The notes under the pieces are model-generated. The model worked only from the letters and a program-made list of their open reading frames with translations, did no database searches and was not told the DNA's origin. The translations under genes were made by a program, and so were the position numbers. From an uncultured Caldilineaceae bacterium (GTDB lineage: Bacteria; Chloroflexota; Anaerolineae; Caldilineales; Caldilineaceae): a stretch of DNA of 64,000 nt. The stretch spans positions 103,980 to 167,979 of the forward strand of contig CALNXY010000002.1 of assembly GCA_942490705.1 (NCBI GenBank), read 5' to 3'. Numbering within the stretch: position 1 is the first letter of the stretch; every line of letters begins with the position of its first letter. Below are positions 28,636-36,780 of the stretch, piece after piece.

Positions 28636-28935
28636 ATTGCACTCCTTATGCGATGATTCTTTTGCGCCAGGCGCTCATAGATCGTTGGTTTCACGGCCAC
28701 GGTAGATGTGAGGGATTTGACGGCGGAAACCCGCCGTATCCGGCGCCTGCCGAGGTCCCCGTTCCTGCCTCTCGGAACTTATCCGCTAAAGGCCGAAAAA
28801 AAAGGGTGCATCCCATTTCGGGCGGCGGTCTATGAACGACCTGATCGATTTCTCTAGAGCGGCCACCCAAATGTGGTATGCAGCCGAAAAAAATTGACAC
28901 TTTACAAGAAAGCAAAGCTGTGATATTCTGGCATA

Positions 28936-29007
28936 AGCTCCGCTCAATATTGCGTTGTGGCTCAGCCACGTTCGGGGGAAGCGCAATGTTGAGCGGACTC
29001 TTTTTGT
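28936..29007 (+). ncRNA. Candidate small RNA (promoter-like element plus terminator-like hairpin, with no associated ORF)
   Basis: TTTACA (28901..28906), 17 nt, then TGaTATTCT extended -10 (28921..28929). A 15-bp stem follows, CCGCTCAATATTGCG (28940..28954) / CGCAATGTTGAGCGG (28982..28996), enclosing an inner GTGGC-TCA-GCCAC hairpin. The sequence ACTCTTTTTG follows the stem. Confidence 0.3.
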
Positions 29008-29128
29008 CTCGGCTCTTTCTCTTGCCTAGACGTTTCTTCTCCCAGTTCCCAGCTTTCCATGCAACTCTATGATCATGACACCTGTGGGGCAAGACCTTCC
29101 GCTGGCAGTGCCAGTCGGGATCGTCCAG

Positions 29129-30358
29129 TTAACCGACCACACGTAGAAATTTGCGCTTGCCGACCTGCACGATCTGCTCGTCTTCTGCCGGCTCAATTCC
29201 TTGCTGCGGATCGGTGACTGGCTCGCCGTCCAGCCGCACGCCGCCCTGCTGAATCAGCCGTCGGCCTTCACCCTTGCTCTTGGTAACCCCCGCTGCCACC
29301 AGCACATCCAGGAGGCTGGTCGGTTCGCTGAGCGAGAAGCTGGGCGCATCACTTGGTGCGCTGCCTTCGTGCATACGCTTGGCATCCTCTGCCGCTTGAT
29401 TGGCGGCATCTTCACCGTGAAAGATGCTCACGATTTCCCAGGCAAGACGATGTTTGAGCGTGCGCATGTCAATTTCGCCCGCTTCGACCTGGCCAAAAAG
29501 CTCGTCGATCTCCTGCTGATCCCAACGCGTCACCAATTCAGCATAATTGCGCATAGCCGAATCGGGCACGTTCAATACTTTGGTGAAGATAACGCCAGGC
29601 GGTTCGTCGATGCCGATGGAATTGCCCGTCGACTTGCTCATGCGCAAATCGCCATCAGTGCCGACCAAAATGGGAAAGGTCAACACGGTTTGAGGACGCT
29701 GGCCAAAGTGCTCCATGAGCTTGCGGCCGGCCATGAGGTTGAAGAGCTGATCCGTACCGCCGATCTGCAAATCCGTTTCCAGCGCCACAGCATCGTAGCC
29801 CTGCATGAGGGCATAGAAAAACTCGTGGAGCCAAATGGCGTCATTCTGCTCGTAGCGCTTGCTGAAGTTGTCGCGCGCCAGGAACTGCTGCACCGTGAAA
29901 TTACTCGCCAGTCCGACCACGTCCGTGAAGCTTAATTCTTGAAGCCACTCATGGTTGTAGCGAACTTCGGTCTTGTCTTGATCAAGGACGCGCCAGGCCT
30001 GGTCGGTGTAGGTCTTGGCCTTAACCAGCGCATCATCCAGCGTCTGCTGATTGCGCGCGCTTTCCTTGTCACTGGGGTCGCCGATGATGCCGGTAAAGCT
30101 GCCGATTAGGAAGATGGCTTGGTGGCCCAGGTCTTGAAACTGGCGCAGCTTACGCATGGAAATGGTATGACCCAGATGCAGGTCTGGCGAAGACGGATCA
30201 TAGCCGCAATAGATACGCAAGGGAACGCCGCTGTCGTAACTCTTCTGGAGCCGATCACGTAGCTCGGCTTCCATATTCTTGTACGTTTGCTCGTCACCGA
30301 AGTCCACACCGCGCATGAGAATGCGCAGTTGCTCTTCTACCGGTAGAAAATCGGCCAT
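29129..30358 (-). CDS. tyrS: Tyrosine--tRNA ligase
   Basis: The ORF was trimmed to the ATG at 30358 ([11 protein letters not shown]). It has a HIGH-type motif (PDLHLGHT), a KMSKS-type motif (RMSKSTGN) and a C-terminal S4-like domain. Confidence 0.9.
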   Translation of the reverse strand: MADFLPVEEQLRILMRGVDFGDEQTYKNMEAELRDRLQKSYDSGVPLRIYCGYDPSSPDLHLGHTISMRKLRQFQDLGHQAIFLIGSFTGIIGDPSDKESARNQQTLDDALVKAKTYTDQAWRVLDQDKTEVRYNHEWLQELSFTDVVGLASNFTVQQFLARDNFSKRYEQNDAIWLHEFFYALMQGYDAVALETDLQIGGTDQLFNLMAGRKLMEHFGQRPQTVLTFPILVGTDGDLRMSKSTGNSIGIDEPPGVIFTKVLNVPDSAMRNYAELVTRWDQQEIDELFGQVEAGEIDMRTLKHRLAWEIVSIFHGEDAANQAAEDAKRMHEGSAPSDAPSFSLSEPTSLLDVLVAAGVTKSKGEGRRLIQQGGVRLDGEPVTDPQQGIEPAEDEQIVQVGKRKFLRVVG

Positions 30359-30528
30359 CAGTTCTCTCCAGACTGCTTGCTTTGTCAATGAATTGCAGCG
30401 ATGCATCATACCTGAATTAGCATGACGGGTCAACGTATCCCCGCGCTCGGCAGGAATTCACAAGTTGGGCAGGGGGGCGCGGGTGCGGCCGTTTGCTGCC
30501 TGCGTTTTGCTGCGGGTACAATGGCGCC

Positions 30529-32127
30529 ATGGCTTGGTTCAAGCGCCGCAGGCGCGCACCATCGGAAACTGAAGAATCACCCTTTGATGGGCAGGCAGCG
30601 CAGCCGCGCCCGCCTGTCGAGCCGGCCACGACCTCGGGCAAGCAGGTAGAGTGGCAATTTGGCCATGACGATTGGCCCGAATGGATGGCCGAATCGTACG
30701 CAGCCGCGCCGCTGGCTGGTGAACGCTACTTCTATCCCATGAACGAGCCGGCCGCCGCAGCGCCTGGCGGTTCTATCGCCAATCCCGAAGATGCTGATCT
30801 AATTGAGGGCAACGCGGCCGGGATGGTCGTCTGGTCCGCGGCTGCCGCGACCTCCCACTCGGAATTGAGACGACTGACGGACGCCTTCCGCGGGCCGGGC
30901 GCTATCCAACGAGTAGAGGCCGTCCGTCGCGCGCTCGACCGGGCGCTGGAGCAGTGGTGGGCCGAAAGCACATTGCCCGCCAGCGGATTGCTGCGTGACG
31001 GTCTGCTTGTGCTGGAGGCTGGGCATGATCTGGACGAGAGCCAGCGATCGCTTTTGCTGCGCACGGCCACTGCCTATGATCGGGGCATTCTGACCGCATT
31101 GCATCATCAGACTGATCCGGAGCGAACGGCCTATATTCTTGCGGAGGCCATCACTTCGCCGACAATCGATCTGCCGCTTGAGCGAATTCAGACGTTGGCC
31201 TATGAGGATCCCCTCGGCGAGGCCTGGTTGCCCTATCTGCAACATGAATTAGTGGCCTATGCCGAAATTACGCCGGCCTATGACGAGTTGGCCATGGCCG
31301 CTTTGCGCCTTGATGCCAAAAAACCAGCGGTCCTGCCTCGGGCACGGCCAAGTGCTTCCCCGGCGCCCGAATCTATCCAGCCGCCGCCGGTGGCGCGCCG
31401 GTGGGTACGCCTGCTTCTGGCGCTGCTGGCATTCGTCTTGGTTGTGACGCTGCTGCTTGGTGATCAATTCCGTGGGCGTATGCGTGACGTGATCGAAGTA
31501 GGCGGCGGCACCTATTCGTTGCGCAACGTTGACGGAACCGAGCGCGTCGTGGCGCTGGATCCTTACGTGATTGACCGTTTCGAGGTTGGGGTGGCCGACT
31601 ATCGACGCTGTTATGCGGCCGGCGCCTGCGTCTGGCCGCGCGAGACCGCCAGTGTAACCCGACCTGACTACCTGACCAACCGCACGTACGACCGCTACCC
31701 CATGATTAACGTGGATTGGGCCGCGGCGACTGCATATTGCGAGTGGGCCGGGATGCGTCTGCCGAGCGAAGATGAATGGCAGGCGGCTGCATCGTACGCG
31801 CCGGCCACCGCACGCGCCTATCGTTACCCGTGGGGGGATACCTTTCAGCCGCAGGTGACCAATAGCCTGGAGGGTGGCCAGGGCGACACCACGGTGGTCG
31901 GGTCCTACCAGCCTAGCGGCAATAGCCCCATGGGCATGGCCGATGCAGCCGGAAATGTGGCTGAGTGGACGTCGACCACCGCCACCGGCGATCCGAGCAT
32001 TTATCGCACCAAAGGCGGCTCCTTCGCTGACGGTGCCGACTATCTGCAACCCCAGGTTGTTCAAAGCCTGCCCGCAGCCAATCAACATGACTGGTTGGGC
32101 TTTCGCTGCGCCGCATCCCCGCAATAG
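30529..32127 (+). CDS. Membrane-anchored formylglycine-generating-enzyme (SUMF1/FGE-sulfatase) domain protein
   Basis: Start taken at MAWFKRRRR (30529); the longest ORF starts at 30493. About 280 aa N-terminal region, one TM (WVRLLLALLAFVLVVTLLLG), then the FGE domain (FEVGVADYRRC..., MINVDWAAATAYCEWAGMRLPSEDEW, NVAEWT, RGGSF, GFRCA). Confidence 0.75.
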   Translation: MAWFKRRRRAPSETEESPFDGQAAQPRPPVEPATTSGKQVEWQFGHDDWPEWMAESYAAAPLAGERYFYPMNEPAAAAPGGSIANPEDADLIEGNAAGMVVWSAAAATSHSELRRLTDAFRGPGAIQRVEAVRRALDRALEQWWAESTLPASGLLRDGLLVLEAGHDLDESQRSLLLRTATAYDRGILTALHHQTDPERTAYILAEAITSPTIDLPLERIQTLAYEDPLGEAWLPYLQHELVAYAEITPAYDELAMAALRLDAKKPAVLPRARPSASPAPESIQPPPVARRWVRLLLALLAFVLVVTLLLGDQFRGRMRDVIEVGGGTYSLRNVDGTERVVALDPYVIDRFEVGVADYRRCYAAGACVWPRETASVTRPDYLTNRTYDRYPMINVDWAAATAYCEWAGMRLPSEDEWQAAASYAPATARAYRYPWGDTFQPQVTNSLEGGQGDTTVVGSYQPSGNSPMGMADAAGNVAEWTSTTATGDPSIYRTKGGSFADGADYLQPQVVQSLPAANQHDWLGFRCAASPQ

Positions 32128-32181
32128 ACTTGTTGGCTTGAATGGCCGCCGCCGGCGAGCGCTGGCGCCTGGAATCTGTTC

Positions 32182-32209
32182 TTGCCTCACTAGAGATCTA
32201 TGCTACAAT
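32182..32209 (+). promoter_or_regulatory. Sigma-70-type promoter upstream of the cysQ-like gene
   Basis: TTGCCT (32182..32187), 16-nt spacer, TACAAT (32204..32209). Confidence 0.5.
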
Positions 32210-32273
32210 GGCACCCGCTTTCTTTGCTGACTCCCACTGCACGCCAGACTGACTATTCTTTATTGGACGTTGC

Positions 32274-33167
32274 ATGAATCTTGCGGACGGGAATAATTCT
32301 ATGTCTCAATCGTTAACTAACACCCTCGATTTGACCGCAGAAGCCGAATTCGCCATTCAATTGGCGCGTGAAGCCGCGACAATCGTTACTACGTACTACG
32401 TTGGTTCTGCCGAGGTTTCCTACAAGGCGCCGGGCGATCCGGTGACAGAGGCCGACAATGCCGCCAATGAGCATATCGTCAGCCGTATTGAAGCCGCCTA
32501 TCCCGACGACGGCATCCTCTCCGAGGAGTCGAAGGACAACCAGCGCCGTCTTGAGAAGGAACGCGTTTGGATCGTCGATCCGCTGGACGGCACCAAGGAA
32601 TTCATTGCCCGCAATGGCGAATTCTCCATCATGATCGGCCTGGCAATCGGTGGCAAGGCCGTGCTGGGCGTCGTCATGCAACCTGATCCGGGGCTGCTCT
32701 ATGTAGGCGGTCATGGGCTGGGCGCTTTCCTGTACGAAGGCGATGAGCAAGTTGCGCTCGCCGTGAGTGATGTGGATCAACTCAGCAAGATGGTGGTCGT
32801 CAGCAGCCGCAGCCATCGGCCGCAAATCGTTGATAAGATGCGCAAGGCTCTGCGCATCACCTCGGAGCGGGTAAGTGGCAGCGTGGGACTGAAGGTCGGT
32901 CTCATAGCCCGCCAACTGGCCGATATCTACGTCCATCCCAGCCCCGGCTGTAAGGAGTGGGACCTTTGCGCCCCCTGCGCACTGCTGGAGTCCGCCGGGG
33001 GCGTCATGACCGACTGTTGGGGAAATGAACTTGTCTTCAACAAGAAGGACGTGCGCGCCCACAATGGCGTCGTGGCCACCAACGGTACGCGTCACGATGA
33101 AATTATTGCCGCCGTGTCGCGCATCTGTGAGGAGTTTGGCTACAACGAGGATGACGGCTTCTGGTAG
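32274..33167 (+). CDS. Inositol monophosphatase / 3'(2'),5'-bisphosphate nucleotidase (CysQ-like) family protein
   Basis: 297 aa; an alternative start is at 32301. Motifs: ILSEES, WIVDPLDGTKEF, WDLCA. Confidence 0.8.
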   Translation: MNLADGNNSMSQSLTNTLDLTAEAEFAIQLAREAATIVTTYYVGSAEVSYKAPGDPVTEADNAANEHIVSRIEAAYPDDGILSEESKDNQRRLEKERVWIVDPLDGTKEFIARNGEFSIMIGLAIGGKAVLGVVMQPDPGLLYVGGHGLGAFLYEGDEQVALAVSDVDQLSKMVVVSSRSHRPQIVDKMRKALRITSERVSGSVGLKVGLIARQLADIYVHPSPGCKEWDLCAPCALLESAGGVMTDCWGNELVFNKKDVRAHNGVVATNGTRHDEIIAAVSRICEEFGYNEDDGFW

Positions 33168-33230
33168 AGTCAGTTTTGCTCACATTGTACAAGTATCAGA
33201 GGCGCCGCCGGCCTGACGGCAAGTGACCAA

Positions 33231-33292
33231 CGCCCTGACCGCAAACCAGCCCGGGCCGAGAGCTCGATAGTGGTGCGGTCGGGCGTTTTTTT
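33231..33292 (+). terminator. Intrinsic terminator after the cysQ-like gene
   Basis: CGCCCTGACCGCA pairs with TGCGGTCGGGCG (one bulged T) across a long loop, followed by TTTTTTT (33286..33292). Confidence 0.6.
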
Positions 33293-33339
33293 GTGTGGTC
33301 AGCGTTTGGCAGGCGTCTGCCGTGCGCGCCGGACGCCGT

Positions 33340-33368
33340 GTGACAGGCCGGGCAAAGCGTGCTATGAT
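33340..33368 (+). promoter_or_regulatory. Sigma-70-type promoter of the hydrolase pair
   Basis: GTGACA (33340..33345), 17-nt spacer, TATGAT (33363..33368) with TG at the extended -10 position. Confidence 0.55.
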
Positions 33369-33377
33369 GCGGGCCAC

Positions 33378-33408
33378 GCGAGGTGCTAACTTGCACCTCG
33401 CAATTTTA
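33378..33408 (+). promoter_or_regulatory. 5'-proximal stem-loop in the hydrolase leader
   Basis: GCGAGGTGC-TAACTT-GCACCTCGC (9-bp perfect stem) followed by AATTTTA. It starts about 5-10 nt after the predicted +1. Confidence 0.45.
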
Positions 33409-33483
33409 CCTTGAAGACTGGCTGCATCACGCGCATGATTGTCTGCGCGAAACCCGTCAATACCCAAGCTAGAGGAACTGGCA

Positions 33484-36400
33484 ATGGCCCGGCCACTCTT
33501 TGATTCGCCTACCATCTACGGCTTGCACGACCCAGGTGGCGAGCAGATCTTGCTCGACGCCGGTCGGTCCGGATGGATTCTTTTTACGGAAGAGATTGGT
33601 CAAGATCCTGCTGATGAGAGCGGGCGAGATTATCGCGCTTACAGTTCGCAAAACCTTGGCGTGATCGTGCGCCTCAATCACGGCTACTTTCCACGCGGGA
33701 CGATTCCAACCAGTGATCGCTATGCTGAGTTTGCCCAGCGCTGCGCTAACTTTGTTGCCAACAGCCTGGGCGCAAAGATCTGGATCATTGGCAACGAAAT
33801 GAACTACGATATCGAGCGCCCCCGCTACAGCGCCCAGCCCGCGTTGGATGCGGAGACCGAGGCGTCCGTCAAAGATATCACCTATGGTGAATTGACGCGG
33901 GAAGGCTGGAACGCGTTCCTCCAGATGATCAGTGGCGGCATGGGCGATGCCGAGCTCGGGCGTCCGGTACCGCCGGTGACGCCGCCCGTGGCACGGCCGC
34001 CTCAAGCCTCGCCAGTACCGCCCGATCCTGACGACCCGTTCTACCAGAGCCTGCCGACGCGTTTTAGTGCGTTGCGCACAGAAGCGGAAGCCGACGCCGA
34101 TAACGAAACCGCGCAATTGGCCACGCCAAGCTACGTCGAAGTGATCACGCCGCAGAAGTATGCCGACTGTTTCCGCCGCTGCCGCGAAGCGATTCTGAGC
34201 GTGCCCGGCCATGCCAGTGATCAGGTACTCGTCGGTGCGGTGGCGCCCTGGAATAATCAGACCAGCTATCCCGGCAATGAGCGCGGCGATTGGGTGGCTT
34301 ACCTGACCGACACGCTCGAACTGCTTGGCCCTGATGGCCTGGACGGCGTTGCGCTCCACACCTACACACATCAGGCTGACCGCAATTTGATCTACGACGA
34401 ACGTAAGATGGACCCGCCCTTTACTGATCGCCATTACGAATTTCGCGCCTATCGTGACTTCATGGCCGGTATTCCCGAGGCGATGCGCCATCTGCCCGTC
34501 TACATCACTGAGACCAATCAGGACGTGACCTGGCTCAATCAGAATATCGGCTGGGTCCAGGCTGCCTATGGCGAGATCAACTACTGGAACGAACAACCCG
34601 GAAACCAGCAAATTCGCGCCTTGATTCTCTACCGCTGGCCGCGGATCGATATGTGGTATATCGAGGGCAAAGAGGGCGTGATTGAAGATTTCCGCCGGTC
34701 GCTGCCGCCGGATTACACCTGGACAGCAAGCGTTCCGCCGCCGGCAGACTATGGCGAGGGCGACATCCTGGCAACGCGCGACATCGTCAATCTCCGGCGC
34801 ACGCCCGGCTATTTCAATCAAGCGCCGGGTGATGTGATTGTTGCGCTGCCGGAAGGCACGCTCGTCCGCGTGACGGCCGACGCCTATGCCGAAGCGGATG
34901 GATTGACATGGTGGTCGGTTGGATCTGCAGAGCAAAACATCCAGGGTTGGATGGCCCAATCCGATCCCCAGGGTATCCCGTTGGTGCGGCTCGTCGAGCG
35001 GCGTATATCGGGTGGGCCTGACGGTGAATTGGGCGTCGGTTCCTTGGCAGTTACGTTGACGACGGTGCGCCTGCGGAAGTCGCCCGGCTATGTGGGTAAG
35101 CCGCCCGACGATACGATTATGGCCGTGGCGCCGGACACCAGCGTTGCGGTTGCCGACGGGCCGGCAACAATGGACGGCCTAACGTGGTGGGAGGTCCGCG
35201 GCCTTGAGTCTGACGGAACGCTCTTCGCTGGATGGATGGCTGAGACGGCGCCCAACGGCGTTAGGCTGCTGGAAGAGACCGGTGAAATCGAGCGGCCCGA
35301 CATTGGCCTGCCGAGCATTGATGACGACAAATTTGCGGTTGGCGACCAGGTTGTAACCCTCGATTTCGTTCGCTTTCGCCGTACGCCCGGTTACGTAGAC
35401 AAGCAACCGGACGATGTACTGGCCGATTTGCTCCCTGGTGCCGCTGGTCCGGTGCTGGATGGACCACGCCGGCGCGATGAGCTGGTTTGGTGGCAGCTGC
35501 GTATGCCGCTGCCCGACGGCGGCAATGCCGACGGCTGGGCGGCCGAAAGTGCGCCGAACGGTGTGGAGCTATTGGCGCTCGACGACGAGGGCGGTTCCGG
35601 CCAGATCGGCGCCTTCGCCCCGGGCGACGCAGCCATGACGCAGGACGTTGTGCGTTTCCGCATGACGCCCGGTTACGTCGACAAAGAAGCGAGTGACATT
35701 ATCGCCGACGTACCGACCGGCACCGTCGTCACTGTCGTGGCCGGGCCGGAAACCAAAGACGAGCTTGTCTGGTGGCAGGTCGACGCCCCAGTCTCCGGGC
35801 AAATGAAGCGCGGATGGATGGCTGAGACCGCACCCAGCGGCGCGACCTTGCTGGCGCCTTTCGATGGGGCGCTTCCCGGTACGGGTGACTATCAACCCGG
35901 TGAGTTGATCCAGGCCGCGACGGCGGTACGCGTACGTCGCACCCCGGGCACTGAAGGCAAACCAGCGGATGACGTCCTTGGCGATTTTGAGCCGTTGGCA
36001 ACCCTCAATGTGATCGAAGGCCCGGTCAGCCAGGACGGACTGTCGTGGTACCGGGTTGGCGGTATTTCGCTGCGCGTGGCCGAGGTGGTCGGCTGGGTGG
36101 CCGAGGTCGCGCCCAACGGCGTGAGGCTTCTGCAACGTGCGCCGAAATTGCCCGGCACCGATATCCCGAATTTGAGTATGGGGCTGGCATTGGCCATGCC
36201 CTTCCGGGGCGATTTTGGGATCGCCCAACTGTGGGCCGAAAACCCACCGATCTATGGCCAAATTCACTACGACGGCGTGCCGCTCAAAGGGCACAACGGC
36301 ATCGATTTTCTCACGCCTACGGGCACAGACTTGCAAGCTGTAGACGATGGTGTCGTTGCCGAGGCCGTTTACGAAGACCCCAGCGGCTTGGGTAATTATG

Positions 36401-36768
36401 TATTGGTGCATCATGCTTGGGGTGAGTCGATTTATGCCCATCTCAACGACATCGGGGTCGTCACTGGCCAGGCCGTGAGCCGCGGTCAACTCTTGGGTCA
36501 TTCGGGTAGCACCGGCTTTAGCAATGGGCCGCATCTGCACTTCGCCATCCGCATCAACCCCTACGTGCGTACCGATGGCTGGGGAGGCTATTCGGATCCA
36601 TTGCCCTACCTGCCACGCACCGCCGTGCACCTACCCGACTATGTCTTGCCGCCCGAGCAGCGTCGGCCTGTGCCCCAAGGACAGGCTATATCTCCGGGTC
36701 ACACACCGCTACCCGCTTCGTTTGCGCCAGGTATGGCTCCCGACCGGCCCGGCGTTCGCCGGCCCTAG
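33484..36768 (+). CDS. Multi-domain cell-wall hydrolase: N-terminal glycosidase-like domain, five SH3b-like repeats, C-terminal M23 (LytM-type) metallopeptidase
   Basis: Start taken at the ATG at 33484 (MARPLFDS), matching the paralog's N-terminus. N-terminal domain motifs are IGNEMN and VYITETN. Five repeats of about 85 aa have the pattern (V/L)R(L/F)R.(T/S)PGY...D(G/E)L.WW...GW.AE.AP.G..LL. The M23 motifs are HNGIDF and GSTGFSNGPHLHF. Confidence 0.8.
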   Translation: MARPLFDSPTIYGLHDPGGEQILLDAGRSGWILFTEEIGQDPADESGRDYRAYSSQNLGVIVRLNHGYFPRGTIPTSDRYAEFAQRCANFVANSLGAKIWIIGNEMNYDIERPRYSAQPALDAETEASVKDITYGELTREGWNAFLQMISGGMGDAELGRPVPPVTPPVARPPQASPVPPDPDDPFYQSLPTRFSALRTEAEADADNETAQLATPSYVEVITPQKYADCFRRCREAILSVPGHASDQVLVGAVAPWNNQTSYPGNERGDWVAYLTDTLELLGPDGLDGVALHTYTHQADRNLIYDERKMDPPFTDRHYEFRAYRDFMAGIPEAMRHLPVYITETNQDVTWLNQNIGWVQAAYGEINYWNEQPGNQQIRALILYRWPRIDMWYIEGKEGVIEDFRRSLPPDYTWTASVPPPADYGEGDILATRDIVNLRRTPGYFNQAPGDVIVALPEGTLVRVTADAYAEADGLTWWSVGSAEQNIQGWMAQSDPQGIPLVRLVERRISGGPDGELGVGSLAVTLTTVRLRKSPGYVGKPPDDTIMAVAPDTSVAVADGPATMDGLTWWEVRGLESDGTLFAGWMAETAPNGVRLLEETGEIERPDIGLPSIDDDKFAVGDQVVTLDFVRFRRTPGYVDKQPDDVLADLLPGAAGPVLDGPRRRDELVWWQLRMPLPDGGNADGWAAESAPNGVELLALDDEGGSGQIGAFAPGDAAMTQDVVRFRMTPGYVDKEASDIIADVPTGTVVTVVAGPETKDELVWWQVDAPVSGQMKRGWMAETAPSGATLLAPFDGALPGTGDYQPGELIQAATAVRVRRTPGTEGKPADDVLGDFEPLATLNVIEGPVSQDGLSWYRVGGISLRVAEVVGWVAEVAPNGVRLLQRAPKLPGTDIPNLSMGLALAMPFRGDFGIAQLWAENPPIYGQIHYDGVPLKGHNGIDFLTPTGTDLQAVDDGVVAEAVYEDPSGLGNYVLVHHAWGESIYAHLNDIGVVTGQAVSRGQLLGHSGSTGFSNGPHLHFAIRINPYVRTDGWGGYSDPLPYLPRTAVHLPDYVLPPEQRRPVPQGQAISPGHTPLPASFAPGMAPDRPGVRRP

Positions 36769-36780
36769 ATCAGAGCAGCT

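Noticed and set aside
28894-28899. Perfect TTGACA box as the -35 for the candidate sRNA
   Set aside because: Its spacing to the only acceptable -10 (TATTCT at 28924) is 24 nt. The adjacent TTTACA box with 17-nt spacing is the better candidate.
28691-29092. 133-aa minus-strand ORF in the tyrS-fabI spacer
   Set aside because: It has no RBS and a basic low-information translation, and it spans the AT-rich structured region, which is better explained as non-coding.
30359-30528. Looked for a T-box leader upstream of tyrS
   Set aside because: The spacer is only about 170 nt and contains no GGTGGTACCGCG-like T-box sequence or terminator/antiterminator pair.
33469-34959. 496-aa minus-strand ORF, plus similar ORFs at 35569..36630 and 37546..38601, antisense to the hydrolase genes
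   Set aside because: The translations are low-complexity and Arg/Gly/Pro/His-rich. The plus strand carries clear M23, SH3b and amidase_2 motifs and a paralogous alignment between the two genes.
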